This document shows, one piece after another, positions 1 to 8,619 of a DNA stretch of 64,000 nt. The position numbers and the translations under genes are program-made. The stretch is from an uncultured Acidobacteriota bacterium (GTDB lineage Bacteria; Acidobacteriota; UBA6911), in assembly GCA_964481255.1 (NCBI GenBank), contig CAYZTZ010000002.1, positions 39,131 to 103,130 on the forward strand, written 5' to 3'. A model generated the notes under the pieces. The model saw only the letters and a list, made by a program, of their open reading frames with translations, was not told the DNA's origin and did no database searches. Numbering within the stretch: the stretch's first letter is position 1; each line of letters opens with the position of its first letter.

Positions 1-1
1 C

Positions 2-607
2 GTTCGGCCGGTTCACAGCGGTGAAGAGCTGCGGATCGGCGGCCAGGTTTGCTCCGTCTCCAAGGAAGGAGATGTGTCCATCGATTTCCAGGCCTCCAAC
101 AATCAGGGGACGCCCTGCGGAATAGGCGTGGCGCAACTGCCTGTCCGCGCGCCCGCGCCCGAGCCTTGTCCCGGGGATTTCCCCGCCGGACGCGCGAGAC
201 TTCACCGTCCCATTTCCCTCGAGACGCTCGAGGTCGGTGAATGCCTGACTCCCATCTCCTCCGAATTCAACTGGAACGTGCATTGGCAGTACTGCCAGAA
301 ATCGATCCGGGACCATCACCCGCTCTACCGGAAAATCCTGCATCCCGGTTGGGTGGTGAACAGGGCAAGCCGCATCCTCGCAGCCAATTACGCGATTCAG
401 GCCTGGATCGACGTATCCTGCCAGGTGCAAAATTTCCACCTGCAGGAGGAGGAGTGCGTCGTCGAGACGCGGGGCCGCGTCCAGGATAAGTTCGAACGCG
501 GCGGAGACCATTTTATCGTGCTGGATCTGGCGGTTTTCACCCGGGCCTTCTGTCTTCAGACCATCCGCTACGCCGCGATCTTCCGCATCGCGCCGCGTGC
601 CGCGTGA
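2..607 (+). CDS. Tandem hotdog-fold (MaoC-like) hydratase/dehydratase, 3' portion; the gene continues upstream of the window
   Basis: The frame is stop-free from nt 2 to the TGA at 605-607. Two beta-rich hotdog-like segments (EELRIGGQVCSVSKEGDVSIDFQASNNQG and ILHPGWVVNRASRIL...ECVVETRGRVQDKFERGGDHFIVLDLAVF) are joined by a Pro/Ala-rich linker. The call rests on motif resemblance only. Confidence 0.4.
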   Translation, partial: VRPVHSGEELRIGGQVCSVSKEGDVSIDFQASNNQGTPCGIGVAQLPVRAPAPEPCPGDFPAGRARLHRPISLETLEVGECLTPISSEFNWNVHWQYCQKSIRDHHPLYRKILHPGWVVNRASRILAANYAIQAWIDVSCQVQNFHLQEEECVVETRGRVQDKFERGGDHFIVLDLAVFTRAFCLQTIRYAAIFRIAPRAA

Positions 608-616
608 CGTCGGTCC

Positions 617-906
617 AGCGGTTAGCGGTCAGCGGTTAGATAGGTATTTGGGGGGCAGGTAAATATGGTTGGCGCTGGAATCTGGAAGCCGGGATTGGAA
701 GTCAATCCAGGGGGTCCAAAATCGCCTCATGGCCTCGGGCTCCTGAATGCCGGCTGCCTGTATGCTGCCTCCTTCGCGCGGGATATTGAGAACGAAGCCC
801 TTGGTTTGTTTTTCGCGATAGTGTGAGGACAAAAAGGCTTCGCGATTCCTGCGCAGAACCCGCTTTCATCCAGCCGCTGACCGCTAACCGCTGACCGCTA
901 ACCGCT
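617..906. repeat. Inverted heptamer-repeat element, copy 1: 23-bp perfect arms made of AGCGGTY units flanking a 244-bp insert
   Basis: AGCGGTTAGCGGTCAGCGGTTAG at 617-639 is the exact reverse complement of 884-906. The right-hand array extends to 874-906. It sits between two convergent gene ends, and the right arm overlaps the TAG of the 905-2071 gene. Confidence 0.85.
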
Positions 907-2071
907 ATTTTATAAGCGCCCGCGTTCCGGAGCGCATGCCGGCAAGCGTGAGTTCATACATCGGGAAGATCTTCCGGATGAGCCGGGTCGAAGGGACCGA
1001 AGACCAACCTGGTTCAGGCTTCGGATTAAGCCATATCGCTTTGCGGAATCTCTTGCGGATATCCAGGAGCCATTCGATTCCCGGACGGTCGTTGCGGTAC
1101 CAGTAGTCGATCGCGCCGTCGGGGCTCAGCAGCTCGCTGAGAGCCATATAGGCGTCCCCGACGAGGATAACCTTGTAGTTCCGGTCGGTTTGATCCAGGA
1201 CTTTCCTGGTAGGCACGGACCGGAGCTGCCAGATATCGGTGTAGAGATCCTGGTAGACGCAGTTGTGGAAATAATAAAACTGCAGGTCCTTGACGACGTC
1301 CCGGGCCGCTGAAAACAAGCGGTTGACGAGCTCCGTGTGGGGCGCCATCGTCCCGCCCGCGTCCATCAGGAGCAGGAGCTTGATTCTTTTTTTCCTTCCC
1401 CGCTCCCATATGAATTCCAGTTCGCCCGCGTTGCGGCAGGTCGCGTCGATCGTCCGCTCCACGTCCAGGTTGTCCTTCGGCCCCTCGCGCACCACTTGCC
1501 GGATATAGCGGAGGACCGTCTTGATCGACCGCGTATCCAGCGTCACGTCGTCGCGGTAGTTCTTGAAATAGCGCCGTTCCGCGATTTGAACGGCGCTGTT
1601 CATCCGGCTCTGATGCTGTCCGATGCGGATGCCGGCCGGGTTGTACCCCCAGGCGCCGTGCGTGGAGCGTCCCCGCACGCCGATGGCGCGGTTCCCGCCG
1701 ATATGCGGCGCGCCGTCCTGTGTCCGCAGCTGCTCCATGAAATTCGACCGCACCTCCTCCAGGGAAAGCCTTTCCACCATGCGCTTCTCCTCCTCGGTCA
1801 GCTCAAGCGGCGGAAGGCGGAGCAGTTTGTCTTCAATGCTCAGGATCAGGTCGTCGTCGGATTCGATATGCCCGAAGCATTCCAGGAAAGCCTGGTCGTA
1901 TTTATCGAAGTGCGCTTCGGATTTGACGAGGATGGCGCGCGCCAGATAGTAAAAGCGCCGGAGCGAACTTTCCATCAGGTTTTCGGAAAGCGCGCTCTGC
2001 AGAAGCAGCCACTCGTTGAGCGTGACGGGGACCCCGTGCCTCCTCAACGCGAGGAACAGGTTGATGAACAT
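905..2071 (-). CDS. VWA domain protein, CoxE-like
   Basis: 388 aa. The N-terminus MFINLFLALRRHGVPVTLNEWLLL is typical of CoxE-type VWA proteins. A C-terminal VWA-like segment (LLLLMDAGGTM...) is present. It lies directly downstream of a MoxR-type ATPase gene. Confidence 0.8.
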   Translation of the reverse strand: MFINLFLALRRHGVPVTLNEWLLLQSALSENLMESSLRRFYYLARAILVKSEAHFDKYDQAFLECFGHIESDDDLILSIEDKLLRLPPLELTEEEKRMVERLSLEEVRSNFMEQLRTQDGAPHIGGNRAIGVRGRSTHGAWGYNPAGIRIGQHQSRMNSAVQIAERRYFKNYRDDVTLDTRSIKTVLRYIRQVVREGPKDNLDVERTIDATCRNAGELEFIWERGRKKRIKLLLLMDAGGTMAPHTELVNRLFSAARDVVKDLQFYYFHNCVYQDLYTDIWQLRSVPTRKVLDQTDRNYKVILVGDAYMALSELLSPDGAIDYWYRNDRPGIEWLLDIRKRFRKAIWLNPKPEPGWSSVPSTRLIRKIFPMYELTLAGMRSGTRALIK

Positions 2072-2091
2072 GCGATACCTCTCCGGCGCCG

Positions 2092-2937
2092 CTAATGCAG
2101 GGCGACTCGGGCCACGTCGTCTTCCGTCTTGAGAAGGATCCCGAGAAACGGGAGTTTCCGGTCCAGTTCCTCCTCCGTGATCCCCGCCGCCAGAATGGCC
2201 TGGGTCCAGTCCAGCAGCTCGCAGGTTGACGGCCGCTTTTTGAGGTCGTACTTCTGACGAATCATATAGAACTTGGCGACGATGTGCGACAGGAGCTTTT
2301 GCCTGAGATCCGGGAAATGGACGCGGCTGATTTTTTCCATCATGGGAGGATCGGGAAATTCAATGTAATGAAAGAGGCATCGCCGCAAAAAGGCATCCGG
2401 CAGTTCCTTCTCGCTGTTGCTGGTGATGACGACGATGGGGCGGTGCCTGGCCCGGAAATGCTCCCCCGTCTCGACGATGTCGAAGCTCATCTGATCCAGC
2501 TCGTACAGGAGATCATTCGGGAACTCCAGATCCGCCTTGTCGATCTCGTCGATGAGCAGAACCACCTGCTCCGGGGAACAGAGAGCTTCCCCCAGTTTCC
2601 CCAGTTTAATGTACTGGCGGATGTCCGACACGTCCTTGTCGTGGAACCGCGAATCATTCAGACGCTGTACCGTATCATAGACATAAAGGCCGTCGCTGGC
2701 TTTGGAAGTGGATTTGATATTCCAGCGGATCAGGCGCAGGCCGAGGTCTTCGGCGATGACCTGCGCCAATTCGGTTTTTCCCGTGCCGGGTTCCCCCTTG
2801 AGGAGCAATGGTCTCTGCAGAACGATGGCGGCATTGACAATATCGCGCAACGCGTCGCTGAGAATGTATTTATGTGTGCCCTTGAATCGCTTCATCGGAA
2901 TCGTCGAGGTCCTCCTGACCCGAAGGACGCGGCCCAC
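2092..2937 (-). CDS. MoxR/CoxD-like AAA+ ATPase
   Basis: Walker A LLLKGEPGTGKTELAQ and Walker B VVLLIDEIDKA, with a size typical of the MoxR family. The track start at 2937 is GTG. An ATG at 2895 (MKRFKGTHKYIL) is an equally plausible start. Confidence 0.85.
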   Translation of the reverse strand: MGRVLRVRRTSTIPMKRFKGTHKYILSDALRDIVNAAIVLQRPLLLKGEPGTGKTELAQVIAEDLGLRLIRWNIKSTSKASDGLYVYDTVQRLNDSRFHDKDVSDIRQYIKLGKLGEALCSPEQVVLLIDEIDKADLEFPNDLLYELDQMSFDIVETGEHFRARHRPIVVITSNSEKELPDAFLRRCLFHYIEFPDPPMMEKISRVHFPDLRQKLLSHIVAKFYMIRQKYDLKKRPSTCELLDWTQAILAAGITEEELDRKLPFLGILLKTEDDVARVALH

Positions 2938-3048
2938 GCGAAAGCACCCGGCTGCGCCGCATCGTCGCAGCCGGGCGTGCGTGAAAAGGCGCCCTGCATG
3001 TCAAAAAAAATTTAGTTTACCACGAGACGACCGCCATGCAGCCGGGAA

Positions 3049-3918
3049 TCAATGCAGCCGCCTTCGTCGAAGGATGCGCTCTGCGGCGGCCCGGTGAGGA
3101 GGCTCGATCAGTTTCCCGTCGAGCGTCGTCAGCGCTCTCCCGTCCCTTTCCGCCGCCTCCAGGCGGGCCAGAGTCTTTTCAGCCCAGGCGATTTCTTCCT
3201 CCGTGACTTCGAACTCCAGATTGATGATCGGGCATTGGTCGGGGTGCAGGGCGCTCTTGCCGTCATATCCGAGACGGCGGGCTTGGGACGCTTCCCTGCG
3301 CAGGAGCGCCTCATTGCGGACGTCAAAGCAGGGGGCGTCGATGGCATCGATTCCCCCGGATCGCGCGGAAGTGACAATCATTTGAAGCGCGAAGAGGAGT
3401 TCGGACCGGTCTTCTCCCGTTCGGCAGCGCACGTCTGCGGCATAGTCCGCCGATCCGAAGATCAGCGAGCGCATCCGGGGCGATGCGGCAGCGATTTCGC
3501 CGGCGCGCAAGACCCCGGCGGCCGATTCGATCATCGCATGCAGTCCAACGCATCCCTCGGGCAGGCCATGCGCGATCTCCATGTCCCGCACGGCGCGGTC
3601 CGCGGCCTGAATCTCCGAGGCCTTTTCGACCTTAGGCAGACAGACGCCGTCGGGACGCAAGGGAACGACGGCGGCGAGGTCCTGCAGCCCGATCTCCGTG
3701 TCCGGACTGTTCACGCGCACGACGACTTCGCGGCCCCCGAAATCCAGTTCCCTGAGGGCGCGCGCGACGTTGTCGCGGGCCGATGCCTTCGCCGAGAGCG
3801 CCACCCCGTCCTCGAGATTGAGAATCAGCATGTCCGCCGCCGTCAGGGCGGATCGCCGAAGCATTTTCTCGCTGTCGCCGGGAACATAGAGGGCGCTGCG
3901 TCGAACCCGCTCCTTCAT
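3049..3918 (-). CDS. citE: CitE-like citryl-/malyl-CoA lyase (HpcH/HpaI aldolase / citrate lyase beta family)
   Basis: 289 aa. Contains RSALYVPGDSEKML, LILNLEDGV, VVRVNS..., GVCLPKVE, FGSADYAADV and IDAPCFDVRNE..., which are hallmark CitE-family segments. Confidence 0.85.
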   Translation of the reverse strand: MKERVRRSALYVPGDSEKMLRRSALTAADMLILNLEDGVALSAKASARDNVARALRELDFGGREVVVRVNSPDTEIGLQDLAAVVPLRPDGVCLPKVEKASEIQAADRAVRDMEIAHGLPEGCVGLHAMIESAAGVLRAGEIAAASPRMRSLIFGSADYAADVRCRTGEDRSELLFALQMIVTSARSGGIDAIDAPCFDVRNEALLRREASQARRLGYDGKSALHPDQCPIINLEFEVTEEEIAWAEKTLARLEAAERDGRALTTLDGKLIEPPHRAAAERILRRRRLH

Positions 3919-4027
3919 AAACGCCTGCCTTTCATGTTGAGGACGGCACGGATGGATACTAGCACTCCGACCGGGAGGTCCTCAACAGGGCGACGATGGG
4001 TCCCGACAAACGCCCGGACAGCCGGAT

Positions 4028-4534
4028 TCATGCGCAGGGATGACTCCCGAAAGCGCGGAGCGTGAAGATCAGGTAAAAATGGTAGAGCGACACAAGAATA
4101 TACGACCAGAGACAGAGGCGGGCAGCGTATCGGCCGAGAGCCCATTCCTTGTGAAGCACGATGATGGCCATCGGCAGGATGGTCATGAGAGCCTTCAGAC
4201 CGAAAAAGGCGGTGAAGCCGCCCAGGCGCAGGACGGCGTTCATGACCGGATTCAGCTCCGCCGCGGATCCTCTGAGGAGGTGCAGTCCGGTCAGCAGCCC
4301 GTCCATGAGCGACAAGAGCAGGACGGCAACCGCGACCGCCCAGGTGCGGAAATCATAAATATCCACATATCCGCCGCTGTCCGTCCTGCGCCGCCCGGCG
4401 CTCTTTCTTCGGCGGGGCCCGCGTTGGAACAGAGCCGCAAGCAGAGATCTCTGACGGCGGTCGACGCCGGACCTCCTCTCGGCGAGCGGCCGACCCGTGG
4501 ATGAGTCCTGGAATAATTCTTCCTTCATCTTCAA
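4028..4534 (-). CDS. Small membrane protein, DUF5658-like, with an Arg-rich N-terminal tail
   Basis: 168 aa. The N-terminal tail reads ERRSGVDRRQRS...RRRKSAGRRR and is followed by 4 predicted hydrophobic helices. The family name is from memory. Confidence 0.55.
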   Translation of the reverse strand: MKMKEELFQDSSTGRPLAERRSGVDRRQRSLLAALFQRGPRRRKSAGRRRTDSGGYVDIYDFRTWAVAVAVLLLSLMDGLLTGLHLLRGSAAELNPVMNAVLRLGGFTAFFGLKALMTILPMAIIVLHKEWALGRYAARLCLWSYILVSLYHFYLIFTLRAFGSHPCA

Positions 4535-4678
4535 TCGAATATTATCGGCCGGTTCGGGCTCGGCATTACGCCCGATGCGCCCCGGTCGCGGAAGGAGCGG
4601 TTCCAGAGGGCCTTTTCTCCCTTCAGGACAAAGGGGAGCGGGGCGCGGAGGAAACGGGTCGACACGGCCAGCATGAAA

Positions 4679-5878
4679 TCATGGAGCGCCTTCAAGCGCG
4701 AGCCGGATCTCTTCAAGCACGGACGGATCGGATTCCATGAATTGAGCTCCTCGGAGAATCCGGAAAGACCGTTCCGATGCCAGCCGTCCCAGGGCCCACG
4801 CGGCATGCATTCTCACCAGCGCGCTCGGGTCCCGCATGGCGCCTTCCAAAGCGGGAACAGCCTCGCCGCGGCCCGAATTGCCCAGAGCCACCGCGACGTT
4901 TCGGACAAAGCCGTTGCGCGTCGCGCGAAGAATCGGGCTGCCTCGGAATCGTTCCCTGAATTCGCCCGGGGTCAGCCGGACCAGCGGCAGAAGTTCCGGC
5001 ATGAGGTTGCCCTCGACGGGACGGAAAGTCTTTTCGGACGTTTTAACGGCGAAACGGTTCCACGGGCACGCTTCCTGGCAATCGTCGCAGCCGAAGATGC
5101 GATTCCCCATCAAGGCCCGCAACGGTCGCGGGATAGGGCCGCGATGCTCGACCGTGATGCAGGAAACACAGAGCCTCGCGTCCAGCGAATAGGGCGCCAC
5201 GATGGCCCCGGTCGGGCATGCCCGAATGCAGTGATCGCAGCTTCCGCAGAGATTCCTCCCCGCGGGGTCGTCCTCCAGTTCAATGTCGAGAAGAAGAATC
5301 CCCAGGAACAACCACGAACCCAGGTCCCGGGAAATCAGGATCGTGTTTTTCCCCGTCCAGCCGAGGCCGGTTTCGGCGGCCCACGCTTTCTCCATGACGG
5401 GACCCGTATCGACGCAAATCGCTCCCCGAGCCGCCGGCCGCCGGCGTTGGACGAAGTCCAGCAGTTGTTTCAAGCGGTTCCGGATGAGTTCGTGGTAGTC
5501 GCCTCCCCACGCATAGCGGCTGATTCTCCCTTTCAGCGGCGCCTCGTCCGGCCGTCCGCCCGGGTAATAGTTCATCGCCACTGCGACGACGGACCTTGCG
5601 CCGGCAAGAACCATGTCCGGATTCAGTCGTTTGGGGAGGTCGCGCCGGAGATAATCCAGGGTCCCGTGCATTCCCTCCCCCAGCCATTTTCTAAAATAGG
5701 CAGCGCGGGGGAGAGGATGTATAGACGAGATCCCGACTCCGGAAAATCCGAGCCGGCGCGCTTCCCGTCGGATGCGACGGCCCAGCGCGTCCCCTTGCGT
5801 GGAACGGCCCGCATTCCCGATCCTGTCATCCTGAGATCTTGTTTCCATGGATCCCGAGTGCCGAATACGCCCGGACAA
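4679..5878 (-). CDS. queG: Epoxyqueuosine reductase
   Basis: Two 4Fe-4S cysteine clusters (CGSCDHCIRACP and FGCDDCQEACPWNRF), the segment CISCITVEHRGPIP, and C-terminal HEAT-like repeats. Confidence 0.9.
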   Translation of the reverse strand: MSGRIRHSGSMETRSQDDRIGNAGRSTQGDALGRRIRREARRLGFSGVGISSIHPLPRAAYFRKWLGEGMHGTLDYLRRDLPKRLNPDMVLAGARSVVAVAMNYYPGGRPDEAPLKGRISRYAWGGDYHELIRNRLKQLLDFVQRRRPAARGAICVDTGPVMEKAWAAETGLGWTGKNTILISRDLGSWLFLGILLLDIELEDDPAGRNLCGSCDHCIRACPTGAIVAPYSLDARLCVSCITVEHRGPIPRPLRALMGNRIFGCDDCQEACPWNRFAVKTSEKTFRPVEGNLMPELLPLVRLTPGEFRERFRGSPILRATRNGFVRNVAVALGNSGRGEAVPALEGAMRDPSALVRMHAAWALGRLASERSFRILRGAQFMESDPSVLEEIRLALEGAP

Positions 5879-5947
5879 AGCATCCCGCTTCGCGTCAGCC
5901 GTCCCTTTCCCGCTGCCGCCGGAGACCCTGCGGTTTCGGCCGCCGAC

Positions 5948-6286
5948 TCATGATTCCTTTTCCATATCGATTTCAATCCGGATGGAACCGCTCGGATCGG
6001 CGAGTTTGAGGTGGCGGATCATCCCGCGGATTGTGTCCCGAACGATGACCTTGGAGAATCCGCGGCTCATGTTCATATCCAGAGGATCTCCGTTGACCCG
6101 GATGCGCAGCTCTTCAGTCTCAAGCTCATATTCGAGGGTTCGAATAGGGAGAGGCGTTTTGAGAGAGGCCGCGATCCCGGCGCAGACATTGCCCAGAAAC
6201 CTCCCGATGAACGATGTCAGAGGGGCCTCGATGCCGTTGCTGTAAATCCGTATTCGCATGGAGCGTGATTGTATCACATCCGGCAT
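5948..6286 (-). CDS. Hypothetical protein, about 103-112 aa, co-oriented upstream of queG
   Basis: Clean ORF with GC3-rich codon usage. I recognise no family. The alternative start MRIRIY is at 6259. Confidence 0.45.
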   Translation of the reverse strand: MPDVIQSRSMRIRIYSNGIEAPLTSFIGRFLGNVCAGIAASLKTPLPIRTLEYELETEELRIRVNGDPLDMNMSRGFSKVIVRDTIRGMIRHLKLADPSGSIRIEIDMEKES

Positions 6287-6437
6287 CCCTGGCCGTGGGC
6301 GCGGGGCGCCGGATTCCGCCCTTTTCCGCGCCGGACAAACCCTGAAACCGGATTCGCGAATTGCGGCCGCCTGTTTTCTCTGATACCATCAGCCTGCCTC
6401 GGAGTATGGTGGAGAGCGCCCGGAGGAGAAGCATTCC

Positions 6438-7397
6438 GTGATGGACAAAATGGCTGTGACGGGAGGCGCCGGATTCATCGGTTCGAATCTGGCCGAGCAT
6501 CTTATCCGCCAGGGCTATTCGGTCGTGGTGATCGACAACCTCAGCACCGGGCGCAAACAGAATCTCTCCGGGTGGTCCCAAGAGGCTGGAGACCGGTTTC
6601 AGTTTCTGGAGGCGGATATCAACGACACCGATCGGCTCCGCGGGACGTTCCGCGGCGTCTCCTGTGTCTTTCACCTCGCAGCCATCCCATCCGTCGCTCG
6701 ATCGATTGAAAACCCCTGGGCCACCCAGTCCGCCAACATCAACGGAACGCTTTCGGTGCTCCTGGCGGCCCGCGACGCCGGGGTCCAGCGCGTCATCGCT
6801 GCGTCCTCCTCGTCTATTTACGGGGACGACCCGAACCTTCCTAAAAGCGAAGACCGGCTCGGGAAGGCTCTTTCCCCTTACGCTTTGAGCAAATTCGTGA
6901 CGGAGGGATACTGCAAGCTGTTCTACCAGCTTTACGGGCTTGAAACCGTCTGCCTGAGGTATTTCAACGTATTCGGGCCGCGCCAGGACCCGAAATCCGA
7001 ATACGCCGCCGTGATCCCGCGCTTCTGCACGCGCATGCTGGCCGGCATGCCTCCGATAGTTTTCGGCGACGGCGAGCAGAGCAGGGATTTCACTTTCGTG
7101 ACCAATGTGATCGACGCCAACTGCAAAGCGGCGACAAGTCCCGGCGCGGCCGGAGAGGCCTTCAACATCGGCTGCGGGTTCCGGACAAGCCTGAACCAGC
7201 TGATTCAGAAACTGGGGCTCCTTTTAAACAGCACGATCCAACCCGTGTATCAGCCCGCCCGGAAAGGGGATGTTCGGCACTCCGTGGCCGACATCAGCAA
7301 GGCGTCGAGGCTTCTGGGTTACACGCCCTCGGTCACCCTGGATGAGGGCCTGCGGCGCGTTCTGGACTGGTACCGGAGCGTCCCGGAGGCGCCCTGA
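6438..7397 (+). CDS. NAD-dependent nucleotide-sugar epimerase/dehydratase (extended SDR)
   Basis: Rossmann motif VTGGAGFIGSNL and the catalytic YxxxK (SPYALSK). The protein ends like UDP-sugar 4-epimerases of the WbpP/TviC type. Confidence 0.85.
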   Translation: MMDKMAVTGGAGFIGSNLAEHLIRQGYSVVVIDNLSTGRKQNLSGWSQEAGDRFQFLEADINDTDRLRGTFRGVSCVFHLAAIPSVARSIENPWATQSANINGTLSVLLAARDAGVQRVIAASSSSIYGDDPNLPKSEDRLGKALSPYALSKFVTEGYCKLFYQLYGLETVCLRYFNVFGPRQDPKSEYAAVIPRFCTRMLAGMPPIVFGDGEQSRDFTFVTNVIDANCKAATSPGAAGEAFNIGCGFRTSLNQLIQKLGLLLNSTIQPVYQPARKGDVRHSVADISKASRLLGYTPSVTLDEGLRRVLDWYRSVPEAP

Positions 7398-7509
7398 AAA
7401 ACCGCGGGGCTGAGCCGGAGATGGAACAGGAACGGCTTCGGATCGGCGTTGCCTCGCGGCCGGCGGCCGGGATATCCAGGCTGCCCTTGAACCGTGATGC
7501 CCGGGAATA

Positions 7510-8619
7510 ATGATCTCGTTTGTCTTTGTGGATACGGAACGCGTTTGGAGAGGGGGGCAGGATCAGCTCTTCGCCCTTCTTAAGGGGCTCCATCGGCGCG
7601 GCCATAAAGTGCACCTCATCTGCCAGCCCCGGACATTGCTGGAGGCGCGCTCCCGTGAATACGGACTCTTCGTGCATCCGGTCTCGATCCGCAGCGAGGT
7701 GGACCTCCTGTGTTTCCCGCGCCTGTTGTCCGTCCTTCGCCGCATCCACCCCGACATCCTCGCTTTCAACACGCCGCGAGCCGTCCTGCTCGGAAGTCTT
7801 GCCTCACGGATGACCCGCGTGGGGAGCCGCATTATCTTCCGCCGCGTCAATTTTCCTCCCAGAAAGGGATTCTTCACGCTGATGAAGTACACCTGGGGAG
7901 CGGACTGTATCGTCGCCATTTCCGAATCCATCCGAATGCAGCTGCAGCTCTGCGGGATCCCGTCCTCGAAAATCAGGACGATCTACGAGGGGATGGATTT
8001 GTCGCTCTATCCGAGACGCACGCAGGCCCGGCCGCGGCAGCCCGAGGAGCCTGCGGTGGTGGGGACGGTGGCGCACTTGAGCCCGGAAAAGGGACTCCAC
8101 TATCTCGTGGAGGCCGCCTCCATGATTCCCGGCGTAAGAGAAAAAATGCGCTTCCTGATCGTAGGTCACGGGCAGTGCCGTCAGGAGCTGGAGGATCTGG
8201 TCCGTCAGAAGGGGCTACAGGGCGTTTTCCATTTCGCCGGATTCCACGCCGATATATCCCCCTTCATGAAATCCTTTGATATCTTCGCCCTCCCGAGTCT
8301 TTCCGAAGGGCTTTCATCCGCGATTCTCGAGGCGATGGCGGCTTCTCTGCCCATCGTCGCTTCCGAAGTCGGCGGCATCCCTGAACTTGTCACAAGCGGC
8401 ATCAACGGGCTTCTTGTGGCACCCGCGGATCCCGGTGCGCTCGCGCGCGCGATCCAGCAATTGGCGGCGAACCCGGAGGAGGCCCTGCGGATGGGACACA
8501 GGAGCAGGGAGCGCATGGAGGCTCGATTCACCCTGGAACGGAAGATTCTGGAGACCGAACAGCTCTGCATGCAGTTGCTTCAGAAACAGGAGCGCGCGCC
8601 GCGATCCGCCCATGTTTAA
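7510..8619 (+). CDS. Glycosyltransferase family 4 (GT-B, Glycos_transf_1)
   Basis: 369 aa. The C-terminal EGLSSAILEAMAASLPIVASEVGGIPELV matches the E-x7-E type motif. Confidence 0.85.
   Translation: MISFVFVDTERVWRGGQDQLFALLKGLHRRGHKVHLICQPRTLLEARSREYGLFVHPVSIRSEVDLLCFPRLLSVLRRIHPDILAFNTPRAVLLGSLASRMTRVGSRIIFRRVNFPPRKGFFTLMKYTWGADCIVAISESIRMQLQLCGIPSSKIRTIYEGMDLSLYPRRTQARPRQPEEPAVVGTVAHLSPEKGLHYLVEAASMIPGVREKMRFLIVGHGQCRQELEDLVRQKGLQGVFHFAGFHADISPFMKSFDIFALPSLSEGLSSAILEAMAASLPIVASEVGGIPELVTSGINGLLVAPADPGALARAIQQLAANPEEALRMGHRSRERMEARFTLERKILETEQLCMQLLQKQERAPRSAHV

Noticed and set aside
629-832. The 67-aa ORF inside repeat copy 1, considered as a HicB-like antitoxin or a four-helix-bundle (23S IVS-type) protein.
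   Set aside because: The sequence does not fit either family pattern on inspection. It has a TTG start, no RBS and a truncated homologous remnant at copy 2, so it is more likely a decayed element-borne ORF. I did not annotate it as a gene.
6476-6492. GGTTCGAATC, which resembles a tRNA T-arm.
   Set aside because: It lies inside the epimerase CDS, where it encodes FIGSNLA of the Rossmann motif. No acceptor or anticodon stems can be drawn around it.
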